A stretch of DNA of 64,000 nucleotides from an uncultured Planctomycetota bacterium (lineage in GTDB: Bacteria > Planctomycetota > Planctomycetia > Pirellulales > Lacipirellulaceae), in the NCBI GenBank assembly GCA_963719315.1, contig CAVRBU010000009.1:1-64000 (forward strand), given 5' to 3'. The notes beneath the pieces were generated by a model, which was given only the letters and a program-made list of their open reading frames with translations, searched no databases and was not told the DNA's origin. Positions 20,274 to 29,490 of this stretch are shown here, piece by piece. Position numbers and translations under genes: made by a program. Every line of letters begins with the position of its first letter. Positions within the stretch are counted from its first letter, which is position 1.

Positions 20274-21876
20274 AGTGGTGATTTGGGCGCGGGTGTCGTC
20301 CCGCGAGCAGCGAGAGGGATATTCGATCGACGCCCAGCTTCGCGTGAACCGCGAACGGGCCCAGGCCAACGGCTGGCACGTCGTCCGCGAGTTCGTCGTG
20401 GCCGAGTCCGCCAAGCGAGGTGCCGAGCGGATCGCCTTCAACGAGATGTTCGCCTGGGTGAGGGCCAACGCCAAGCGCGAGAAGATCAAGGCGATCCTCA
20501 GCCACAAGCTCGACCGCGTCTGCCGCAACATGCGGGACGCGGTTCGCCTGCAGGAACTGGAAGACGCTTGCGGCGTGCAGCTGGCGTTCGTCGACAACCA
20601 GTTCGGCCCGGTGCCGCCGGGGCGTTGTCGTTCAACGTGATGGCCGCGGTCGCCCAGTATTACAGCGACAATCTGCGGTCCGAAGTGCTCAAGGGGATGG
20701 ACGAGAAGGTCCGGCAGGGCTGGCCGACGGGACTCGCGCCCTTCGGCTACATCAACGTCGAGGACCGCGACGAGCCGGTCCAGCCGCACCCCGAGAAGTC
20801 GCGAACGCTGATCCGCATCTTCGAGCTGTATGCGACGGGCGGCCACACATTCGAGACCCTCGCCGATCAGCTCGAGCGCGAAGGCCACGTATTCCGCACG
20901 AGCCAGCCGCGGTTCAACCGCACGGCGCTGTCGTACATTCTCGGCAACCGCTTCTACATCGGCGAATTGCACCGCAATGGGCAGGTGTTCGAGGGACGCT
21001 ACCAGCGACTGATCGACCGGGCGACGTTCGACGCCTGCCAGGACGTCCTGCATGGCCGGAACCGCCGCACCGGCACACCCGAGCATCCGTTGGCGGGCGG
21101 CTTGTCCGGTGCCGTACTGCGGCCAATCGATCACGGGCGAACGCATCCGCCGCAAGCTCAGAGGCGGCGGCGTCCGCGAGCACGTCTACTACCGGTGCGC
21201 CAACAACCATCCCGGCCCCGACCACCCGCCCGTCCGCTGGAAGGCCGAGGACCTCGAGCAGGCGATCGTCGACGATCTTGGCCAAGATGCGTCTCGATTC
21301 CGAGATCGCCGATTGGTTCCGCAACCGATCTAGGCGCCGCCGTGACCGACCTGACGGCCTATCGGCGGCGGCAGGCGGCGGCGCTGGCCAAGCGGAAGCG
21401 GAACTGGCGACCATGCAGGACCGCCTTCTCAACGCCTATCTGGCGGGCACGGTCGAGGAGGACGTCTACAAGGCCAAGTCCAACGAACTGAAGGCCGAGG
21501 CGCCGAAGGCGGACGAGGCGGTGGCCCAGCTGGGCGACGTGGACCCGGCCCGCGGGGAGACGGCGCTGCGCATCTTCGACTGGACGCAAAACGCGGCCGA
21601 GCGTTGGCGCGGTTCAAACAACGCCGATCCGGCGCGAGATACCTCGATTCGGTTTGTTTGAACCGTACTTTGGGCGACGTAAGTCTAGTCACCACAAAGA
21701 GAAAGCCGTTCGACGTTTTCGCCGAACGGCCTCGATTCGAGAATAGTCGGGCCGACTGGATTCGAACCAGCGACCTTTTGACCCCCAGTCAAACGCGCTA
21801 CCAGACTGCGCTACGGCCCGAATTTGTTTTTCCGACGTTTTTGTTTTGCCCCGTTCGCCTACAGGTGCCTGAATAG
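20270..21876 (+). CDS. Large serine recombinase (resolvase + recombinase + Zn ribbon); multiple frameshifts
   Basis: VVIWARVSSREQ...SIDAQL, HKLDRVCRN, APFGY, NRFYIG, CGQSI...YYRC. The last frame reads antisense across tRNA-Pro. Confidence 0.9.
21747..21820 (-). tRNA. tRNA-Pro(GGG)
   Basis: CGGGCCG acceptor stem, TAGCGCAGTCTGGTAGCGC D arm, TTTGA-CTGGGGG-TCAAA anticodon arm and GGTTCGAATCC T arm. CCA is not encoded. Confidence 0.96.
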
Positions 21877-21882
21877 GCTCCT

Positions 21883-21903
21883 ATTCCGTGCCATTCCGTG
21901 CCA
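21883..21903. repeat. Tandem 10-bp repeat ATTCCGTGCC x2 beside the tRNA
   Basis: Seen directly. It resembles integrase arm-type sites at island ends. Confidence 0.5.
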
Positions 21904-21993
21904 CAATTTTGCCCAGCCACGTCGGCCGGGCTACTGCGTCCAGTTTAGTTGAATCAATGGGCAGCCGCCAGCGTGAGAAGAGTAGGCCGTCAG

Positions 21994-22971
21994 CTAGAAA
22001 AGTGCCTTTTCTTTCGCTTTAATCATCACTGGTTGCTGCAAACCACCCCTGCACTCTTGAACGAAGTTGGCGACTTCGGACTCGTTCCAATCCTGCATGA
22101 ATCGAAACGCTGACCCAATTACGTAATCAAGATTGCTTTCAATTGAAATCCACTTGCGACCCAGCGCTTCGGCGGCTTCGCCTGTAGTATTCGACCTAGC
22201 AAAGATGTCGAGCACCGTGTCGCCATCGTCCGTTAGAAACTTGATAAAGAACTCTGGAAGCGCACGAGGGAATCTTGCCGGATGTGGATAAATCTCGTTT
22301 GCTTTGCATAGGCGAATGTGAATTGAGTTGCTTTCCGTGTTTGAATATTGCAACAGATTCGACGGAATCGCGCCACCGTTGTCTTTGCCGAAACCCTTGC
22401 TAATATCGTGTCCCGATGGGCGTTCTTTTGGCGTGTAGAATGCTGCCGGGTCTTTGATTAGCTTTTTCATTCGCTCGCTGTACGGAGCTAGGACGTTGCT
22501 GACATTAGCTTTGGGATTCTCTGTCTTAGATAACCACCACACCGTATTTACCGAATCTTTGGCGCGAATCTTGCGCTTGTTCACCCATTCGATGGGTGAT
22601 GGAAGTTTAGCCGGATTATGCCAATAAAACTCTTCCGCCAGAAAGAACCCCGTTTCGTCGCATAGACGTATCAGTACGCGAAAATTGTAGAGAGATCGGA
22701 CAGGCACTCCGCGTTGGTAAGCTCCTCCAAGGTCAAGTACAAAGCTGCCGGTGTCTTTTAGCACCCGACGAATTTGAGGACCAAAAGAGACAAGCCAGTC
22801 AACATAGTCGGACTGATCCAGGTTGCCGTATGCTTTTTGTCGAAGCAACGCGAAGGGTGGCGAAGTGACAACAAGGTCAATCGAGTCGGCCGCGATTTCA
22901 GGGAGAAATTCTTCTGACTTTGCGTAAACTGCCCGGCCAAATCGTGTCTGATAAATCGCGTTCGCGTTCAT
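21994..22971 (-). CDS. N4-cytosine DNA methyltransferase, beta class, M.PvuII-like
   Basis: TSPPFAL, YNFRVLIR, NPAKLPSPIEWVNKRKIR, RPSGHDI, HPARFP. Motif I reads DIFARSNTTG. Confidence 0.92.
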   Translation of the reverse strand: MNANAIYQTRFGRAVYAKSEEFLPEIAADSIDLVVTSPPFALLRQKAYGNLDQSDYVDWLVSFGPQIRRVLKDTGSFVLDLGGAYQRGVPVRSLYNFRVLIRLCDETGFFLAEEFYWHNPAKLPSPIEWVNKRKIRAKDSVNTVWWLSKTENPKANVSNVLAPYSERMKKLIKDPAAFYTPKERPSGHDISKGFGKDNGGAIPSNLLQYSNTESNSIHIRLCKANEIYPHPARFPRALPEFFIKFLTDDGDTVLDIFARSNTTGEAAEALGRKWISIESNLDYVIGSAFRFMQDWNESEVANFVQECRGGLQQPVMIKAKEKALF

Positions 22972-23029
22972 TCGTTTCAAAGTAGCACCCAGCCTCAAGT
23001 TGCAACAGAGCGTAGACGATGAGATACGT

Positions 23030-23055
23030 AACTTAAAGTATGTAGACGCATAGTA
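23030..23055 (+). promoter_or_regulatory. Candidate C-box operator
   Basis: AACT-TAA-AGTA-TGTA-GACG-CAT-AGTA fits the GACT-N3-AGTC-TGTA-GACT-N3-AGTC C.PvuII-type layout, between the divergent M and C genes. Confidence 0.55.
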
Positions 23056-23113
23056 TGCACCCTTGCCAGACTGCGGTCAACGGCTGTGACCAGTCAGATG
23101 AGCAGTTAAGGGA

Positions 23114-23326
23114 ATGGCTTTGCCAGACGTACAGGCACGGTTCGGACGGCGGCTCCGAGAGACACGAATAAAGGTCGGTGTCTCGCAAGAGCGGTTGGCG
23201 GAATTGGCTGACTTGCACCGAACCTACATCAGCAGCGTCGAACGCGGCGAACGAAACATTTCGCTTGTGAATATCGAACGCGTAGCCCGCGCTTTAGGCG
23301 TTTCTATGGCAAGCCTCATGCCCTGA
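23114..23326 (+). CDS. XRE-family HTH regulator (R-M controller C protein-like)
   Basis: FGRRLRETR...SQERLAELADLHRTYISSVERGERNISLVNI; divergent from the MTase. Confidence 0.9.
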   Translation: MALPDVQARFGRRLRETRIKVGVSQERLAELADLHRTYISSVERGERNISLVNIERVARALGVSMASLMP

Positions 23327-24521
23327 CTCTGTCGGTAAGCATGAGGGTGTCGTGGGATTCAAGAGCGACCGCGAGTTTCTTCGCAACGTAAGTATCGGCG
23401 CTGTCGGTACGCGACAAGTTGCGGAAATTCTCACCGAAGGTGGCTTCAACATTATTGAGCTTGAACGCTATTCGGGAAGTAACAAAATCTGGTCGACAAA
23501 AATCAAGCGGCTTCGCGTCCCTGACTTACTCTGCCTAAATACCGGTATCCGTATTGAATCTCGCAGTAAGAGTAAACTTGCCGTCATAATGTCTCACGCA
23601 GAAAAGAATCCAGACCGCTCATGGGATAAGTCATTACGCGACGATGATTTAATCGCGTTCAACGCTCTGTCACCGGATGGTGATGGGTGGAAAGGGAGCA
23701 GCAGCGTTCCATTGTTTCGAGTGGGCGACTTGCGCGCTACACAAGGGCTTGCGAAGTTGGGTCCACGCAAGTCAGCGTCCGAAGGCAGCGAAGTTAGTTT
23801 AACGTGGCCAGCGGTCGTCCCTAAAACGGCAGGAACAGTCGTAGGCATTACCAATACGGCAATGCAGACACAACTTTCTACCGGACGCCGACAGTCATAC
23901 CCGCTAAAGCGCGGCAAAGGGCCGCAGCTTTACCCCTACCTTAAGGTCGGCGACACGTTTGGGAATGGGGATACGATCATCGCATCCGTTATGCCCGCAA
24001 TCGTTCGACCCGTCGCGCCAGAAGGTGGCGCAATATGACTTTATCTCTGATCTTAACAGCAAAGAAAACGAGACGGTTTATATCGCCGTCAAAGCATTGG
24101 GTTTCCTGCCAGCGCTGTCTAAGAAAAGTTGTCGGCCGCTCATGGAAGTTATGAACACGCATCAAGACGGGCGTGTGAAACTTGAAGCCGCTGCATCACT
24201 CGCGCGTCTTGGTGAAACGTACGGATGGGGCTATCTAGCAACAATCGGAAATGACAAAAGCGCGGAACCAGAATACCGAATGGAAACAGCCCTTATCTTA
24301 GCGGAGCTACCGGATAAGCGCTCAACTAAGGCACTATCGACGCTCGCTAACGATGCCGGCAACGACCCGGAATTGCGCGCGGCGGCAACGTGGGGACTTA
24401 CCAGCGCTCCGGGTGGGCTAAAGGAATTACTTCCAATTATTGCGGACGCCAACGAAGTAACGGCGGTACATGCGATTGTTGGCACGTCCAAATCAATCAA
24501 TAACAAGAATATAGGCAATAT

Positions 24522-25231
24522 CACTACTGTCCGGCTATAAGTCGAACAGTTTCAATTGGTTAGGATTAAGGTTTCTAAAGGTCGGTTTTTGTTGCAACCT
24601 CAAACAACGGATTTTCTCAATGAGTAGATACAAACACCCCTCCTTCCCCACCCCCCCCCCCCCCCCCCACCCCCCCCCCCCCCCCCCAAAACACGCGCCC
24701 CGGGGGGGCGGAGAGGGCCCCCCCCCCCCCCCCCCCCCCCCCCCTCCTCCCCCCGGCGCGCCTTTCCTCCCCCGGAGAGAAAAAAACCGCGCCCCCCAAA
24801 AACCTCCCCCCCCCCCCAAAACACCCCCCGTGCTCCGCGAGACCTTGCCGCGAAACCCAGCGTGATAGAGCTTCGGTTCCAAGGCGCGCAGGCACGTTTC
24901 GATGTCTCGCAGGCTCTCTCGGAACGTGAGTTGCGCGAACCCCAGACACAAGAACTGATCGCGGCACGAAAAGCCGCGATTGCGATGATGACCACTGTAC
25001 CTCTCGACGCAAGCGCTGAACTCTCGCCGCGGCAAAAAGTTCATCAACTGTGCAAACACAAGTTGACCGTCGTACACAAGCCCTCCTCGACGGTTTCGGC
25101 AACGAAAAAATGCCACCGTCGAGGGTTAAGCCTGCTTGCCAGTTCAAGTCGTGTACACACATGACTCAACGCAACTCATTGAAATTGTTTAGGTTATACG
25201 AAATCAACCAGACATTAGCCGGACAGTACTG
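24522..25231 (-). mobile_element. IS4-family insertion sequence, internally corrupted or shortened (710 bp)
   Basis: TIRs CACTACTGTCCGGCTA / TAGCCGGACAGTACTG (15/16); 9-bp TSD AGGCAATAT at 24513-24521 and 25232-25240. Confidence 0.93.
24535..25077 (-). pseudogene. IS4 transposase remnant (DUF4372-type N-terminus and extreme C-terminus only)
   Basis: VFAQLMNFLP...FSCRDQFLCLGFAQLTFRESLRDIETCL...VSRST, then low-complexity poly-G, then NQLKLFDL*. Confidence 0.85.
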
Positions 25232-25772
25232 AGGCAATATATTGCGTCTGCTCGGCAATGATCCTCGCCAATCGGCGGGACTTGCAAAAGCCGTGCTTGA
25301 AAGTAATGCGGATTATGTAGCTGAGACATTGCAGCAGATTCAAGGTGAAAAGGATGGCCCGCGCCGGGACTGGTTGCTCTACGTGCTTGCGGTTGCGGGA
25401 CGCGCCAAGTGCGAAGCGATTGTTAAGAAGAGTTACCCAAAGCTACTTTTTGAGCTTGAATACTTTTGGAAGTACCACGGCGACAACTGGACGAATCGCC
25501 TCGACGTTGCCGACCAGATTAGTTTCTTAGGACAGCAAACGGCCACGCCGTTGACAAAGTAATCGACGTTGAAAGTTGGGGAAGATGGGTAGGATGCGTG
25601 ATGAAAAATAGAGAAAGTGCAAAGACAATTCTGGTAGTGTACGAATGTTTCGCACTCTGTATTGACGTGTCGCAGTGCTGTCATACAATCTGTAGTATCG
25701 AAACATGGTACGGCGATTCGACTCTGTTCCCGATTCGCGAGGGCCATAAACGGATTGTATGAGGATAGTTCG

Positions 25773-25964
25773 ATGTCCAAAGGTAAGGGATTGAAGCCGG
25801 GCAACACCGCCCCGGCCTCCGGTCAGTACCAACAAGTAGGACCGCGCGGTGGCAAGGAGCCGGAGGTCACAGTGAGCAAGGGTGAAACAATGCCACCCGC
25901 GCCACAAAAGGGGACGACATACAACTTAGTCGATCCATCCAAAAACAAGAGTGGCCGAGTCTAA
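25773..25964 (+). CDS. YjzC-like small protein
   Basis: LKPGNTAPASGQYQQVGPRGG...VTVSKGETMPP; GAGG RBS. Confidence 0.8.
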   Translation: MSKGKGLKPGNTAPASGQYQQVGPRGGKEPEVTVSKGETMPPAPQKGTTYNLVDPSKNKSGRV

Positions 25965-26019
25965 AGACTAGAAGCCCGGCGCTGCGGATGCACGGGCCAC
26001 TTTCGTTCAGGGAGGCGTA

Positions 26020-26303
26020 ATGTTTAAGTTCGACTTTAAGTTTGATGAAAAGAAGTTCCGCAAAGAGGTAGAAAAGGCAACAGAGAAGAAGCCACCGAAC
26101 ACTACCGCAACCAGTTGCGTGGAATTGTTTGTCCGGTTCACGGCACGTCACCGACCGTGACGCCGAAGGGCAGCATCGCGACTAAAATGTCGTGGGACAT
26201 TAACGCTTGCTGCGATGAGCAAATGAAAATCGTCCACCAAAAACTAGGTGTGACGCAATCCGATGACTTCGGCGGCAACTATACAGGCTCCATCGGCGAG
26301 TAG
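26020..26303 (+). CDS. Small hypothetical protein with CPxH...CC motif (frameshift ~26090-26110)
   Basis: GGAGG RBS; MFKFDFKFDEKKFRKEVEKA...LRGIVCPVHG...INACCDE. Confidence 0.55.
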
Positions 26304-26321
26304 AAAGCTCGGAGGTACGCA

Positions 26322-26678
26322 ATGGGAGTTGAACACGATAGGATCGAGCCGCACAGCCTAGTTACGTTGGCAATCGGCCGGCAAATCGACTTGGATCAGC
26401 ACGACAAGAATCGGCTTCCGCCGCATAGCCTTGTTAGTTTAGCCATCGGTGGACAAATCGTGCTGAGTCAACACGACAAAGATCAGCTACCGCCGCACAG
26501 TCTTTGCACGCTTGCGATTGGTGGGCAAATCGACTTGAACCAACAAGATAAAGACCGAATCCCGCCGCATAGTTTAGTTACGCTTGCGATTGGACGGCAA
26601 ATCACGTTGAGTGAACACGACAAGTCGCGACTTGACCCGCATCAACTCTCGTCACTCCGAATCGGCGGAGTTATCTGA
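26322..26678 (+). CDS. 24-aa tandem-repeat protein (about 5 units)
   Basis: GGAGG RBS; unit KxRLPPHSLVTLAIGxQIxLxQHD, with 72-bp periodicity (e.g. 26349, 26421). Confidence 0.85.
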   Translation: MGVEHDRIEPHSLVTLAIGRQIDLDQHDKNRLPPHSLVSLAIGGQIVLSQHDKDQLPPHSLCTLAIGGQIDLNQQDKDRIPPHSLVTLAIGRQITLSEHDKSRLDPHQLSSLRIGGVI

Positions 26679-27511
26679 CAGCGGAGCCGGGGGCATCGCA
26701 GCGATGAGTCTGGCGGCGCGGCTATTGCGGACGGCCGCGTTTTCGTCCGCGCAGTGTGTTGACCTTGTCCATGAGTGCGAAAATCTTGTCTTCGGTCCCA
26801 GCCGCCTTGAAAGCTTCGAGTTCCAATGGCCACCCAGGGCCACCCGATCATTCCGCCAAACTTTTCCATCGCTTTTGGCCGCGCACTGTGCTACCGTCGA
26901 TCCTGCGCGACTGCACACGCTCTTTGACAATCTGAAAGAAGCCGTAAGTAGTAAGGCCTAAGTCGTAGGTCTCGGATCCATTTCCTCGGTCCGACGCTTA
27001 CACCTTACTCCTTGCGCCTTCCACCTTGCTCTTTTACGGACTTATTCTCATCGACTTTTGCACGGCGCCGCGCCGCATTCGCTCGGCCGGCGCAGGTGTT
27101 TTCAAGAAGGCTGCGAGCAAAACTCGGGACTTTCGGACGTGTCCTATGGGGCCCCTGGTTGTCGGACAAAACCAAACCCTTGGCCACGATTGAACTTACA
27201 CGCCGCGCACTCGGTACCCCTTCCGGCAATAGTGCGTAACTCTCGGTGTCGGCGATATTCTGGCACGAACGACCCCGTTTCGATGCTCCAGAACTTGAGG
27301 CGCGGCAGACCTTCCTGCCTGCCAAGCCTAACCCGCCACCACAACTCGCTGTAACCATGTCGAACGGCTGATGAGCGACAACATCACCATTGAATTGTCT
27401 TTCCTGCTGCGGCAAGTTAGCTTTAATACGAGTCCTCCGAAGGCTGGCCAAGAGCTATCGGCTATGGGCGCTACTCAACGTTTGCGCAATAAACAAAGAC
27501 GGGGGGGTTGG

Positions 27512-28420
27512 GTGTCGGAACATTTCGCAGATCGATTGGCGGCCGCCGTCAGCCGCACCGGAAACGCGGTATGCGTCGGACTTGATCCGCGGGCGAAAAA
27601 CTTGCCGGCAGGCTTCCTTCGCCCCGGTGAGAATTCCATGTCCGCCACGGCCGACGCTTACGTGCGGTTTTGCAACGGCGTCAGCGATGTGGTCGCACCG
27701 CTGGTTCCCATCGTGAAAGTACAAGCCGCGTTTTTCGAAGAGCTAGGACCGCTCGGCATGATGGCCATGAGCCAGGTGATCGACCACGCACAGGCGGGCG
27801 GATTGCTCGTCATCGTCGACGCCAAGCGGAACGACATCGGCAGCACCGCCGAAGCCTATGCCCGCGGATACTTGGGACGCGGCGCCAGCGCATGGCACGC
27901 CGACGCCCTGACGGTCAGCCCGTATCTCGGCGACGACAGTCTCACACCCTTCGTCGAGGTCGCGCGGGAGCGCGATGCCGGCATTTTCGTGCTTGTAAAA
28001 ACGTCGAATCCGGGCGGAGGCTTGCTCCAGGATGTAAAGTGCGACGGCGGCACTATCTATTGTCGCGTGGCAGCCCTCGTAGAAGGTCTGGCGGCATCGA
28101 CCATCGGCCAATGCGGATACGGCGCGGTTGGCGCTGTCGTTGGCGCTACCTATCCGGCTCAGCTTGTCGAGCTGCGGCGGGCCATGCCGCACACATGGTT
28201 TCTCGTTCCTGGCTATGGCAGCCAGGGGGGCACGGCGGCGGACGTAGCCCCGGCCTTCGGCAGCCGTGGCCTGGGAGCGATCGTCAACAACTCCCGCGGC
28301 ATCATCTTCGCGCACGAACGACCAGAATTCGCCAGCCGATTCGGCGCAGCAAAGTGGCAAGCGGCCGTAGAAGCGGCAACACGCGAAATGATCGATGCAC
28401 TTCGTTCACTCGCGAATTAG
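27512..28420 (+). CDS. pyrF: Orotidine-5'-phosphate decarboxylase
   Basis: VCVGLDP, KVQAAFFE, DAKRNDIGST, LVKTSNPG, VVGATYP, LVPGYGSQGG, NNSRGII. Confidence 0.96.
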   Translation: MSEHFADRLAAAVSRTGNAVCVGLDPRAKNLPAGFLRPGENSMSATADAYVRFCNGVSDVVAPLVPIVKVQAAFFEELGPLGMMAMSQVIDHAQAGGLLVIVDAKRNDIGSTAEAYARGYLGRGASAWHADALTVSPYLGDDSLTPFVEVARERDAGIFVLVKTSNPGGGLLQDVKCDGGTIYCRVAALVEGLAASTIGQCGYGAVGAVVGATYPAQLVELRRAMPHTWFLVPGYGSQGGTAADVAPAFGSRGLGAIVNNSRGIIFAHERPEFASRFGAAKWQAAVEAATREMIDALRSLAN

Positions 28421-28731
28421 ACCATTTCCCGAAAATCGCGCAGCGCATGCCTGGGGCGTTGCCTCAGCGCCCGCAACATCAATGTAATGCGTCAGGAACA
28501 TGATTCGTGACCAGCTTTGAGCACCCAATCAGAATGCGTCAGCGGCGCGGAGAGCGTGAGTTTGGCGTTCTGCAACAGTTTAGCGAATTGCAGAGCCGTT
28601 CACGGCTCCTTCCACCGAAGGTGGTCTTAGGCCCGTCGTTGACGACGGGTTGGTGGGGGCCAACGGAGCAGCACCAAGCCCTGTTTACAGGGCTTCTCGC
28701 GGCTCCGCATTCTGGCGAGCGATTGAGGCTA

Positions 28732-29292
28732 CTAATCTTCAATCAGCGGTCGCGCCCACAGAGCGCGGATTTGATCCTGCAGTTGGCCGATTTCCCACTG
28801 GATGCGAACCTCGGGCGATTGCTGCGAAACAACCTTGAGCGCCGCCACTCGAGCCTTGGCCACCGCGATTTCAGCCAGCTCACGCCGGAGTTCGGCATCG
28901 GTCACGGTGCCGGCTTGAATCGTGTTGGCCTTTATCGACTCGGCGTGATTGGCTTCCAAGCCGCGCACCGCGTCCTCCGCCGCCACGATCTGCGGCGCGA
29001 ACGGGTTGCCCGTGCCCTTGCCGTCGAGTTGCCGCAAGTAGTCTTGCGTAATCTGGACGCCAGCCGAGAGCTCATCCATCATTCCCTGCGAAACCGAACC
29101 TTTAACGGTTTGATTTTGGCTCTTGGCCTGCGCGAGCCGGGCCTGCGCCAATTCCAGATTGGCCTGGGCGTAGGCCCTTTCGAGCGTTTTCCAGTTGGAG
29201 GGCGATTCGTCCCGCGCAAACAGGGCATTGAGAAAAGCGCCGATCAGAACGCACGACGCCATCGCGGTCAGCACAATAAATCGTTTGGTCAT
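28732..29292 (-). CDS. Secreted or membrane-anchored coiled-coil hypothetical protein
   Basis: N-terminal hydrophobic signal-like segment followed by Ala/Glu/Leu-rich helices. Confidence 0.7.
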   Translation of the reverse strand: MTKRFIVLTAMASCVLIGAFLNALFARDESPSNWKTLERAYAQANLELAQARLAQAKSQNQTVKGSVSQGMMDELSAGVQITQDYLRQLDGKGTGNPFAPQIVAAEDAVRGLEANHAESIKANTIQAGTVTDAELRRELAEIAVAKARVAALKVVSQQSPEVRIQWEIGQLQDQIRALWARPLIED

Positions 29293-29490
29293 CGAAGGGC
29301 TCCTGGAAATAGGACAAGAATCGATTGCCGGGCCAGCCATCAGTTTAGGCAGCCGGAAATCGGAAATGCAACGAGGAAAAGTCAAGTCTCCGGAGAACGA
29401 CCGGTGGCCAGCTTGACCGCCGCTAGTCCGCGGGCGACGATGAAATCCTGCACTGTTAATCGTAATCCAAATAGTAAGGGATATCCGACA

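Larger units (their letters stand above)
15644..21746. mobile_element. Defective cos-type prophage or satellite-like element at the 3' side of tRNA-Pro
   Basis: Serine recombinase abutting the tRNA, plus primase-polymerase, HNH, terS and terL. The terminase and recombinase stretches are visibly GC-richer. No portal, capsid or tail genes; left boundary not defined. Confidence 0.8.
23352..25562 (+). pseudogene. Putative restriction endonuclease: N-terminal PD-(D/E)XK-like domain + C-terminal HEAT repeats; IS-interrupted, frameshift ~24030
   Basis: RVPDLLC...RIESRSK motif and HEAT-like units (VKLEAAASLARLG, YRMETALILAEL, LRAAATWGL). Removing the IS plus one target copy restores the frame (NIGNI|LRLLGND), giving ~496 aa. 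Confidence 0.7.

Noticed and set aside
23067..23076. CCAGACTGCG match to tRNA-Pro as an att duplicate
   Set aside because: Only 10 bp and located inside the M/C intergenic region; consistent with chance.
24635..24830. Poly-C/poly-G tract as a G-quadruplex element or Gly/Pro-rich protein
   Set aside because: It sits inside an IS4 transposase exactly where the DDE domain should be and is most simply explained as an assembly artefact.
26322..26678. 72-bp periodic repeat as a CRISPR array
   Set aside because: The units are in-frame coding repeats varying at synonymous positions, with no constant repeat plus unique spacer structure.
26700..27500. Several overlapping short ORFs between the repeat protein and pyrF
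   Set aside because: No RBS, motif or consistent coding signal that I can support.
28507..29490. N-terminal half of the 656-aa ORF
   Set aside because: It is the antisense shadow of the 28732-29292 gene; the hydrolase has its own signal peptide starting at 29491.
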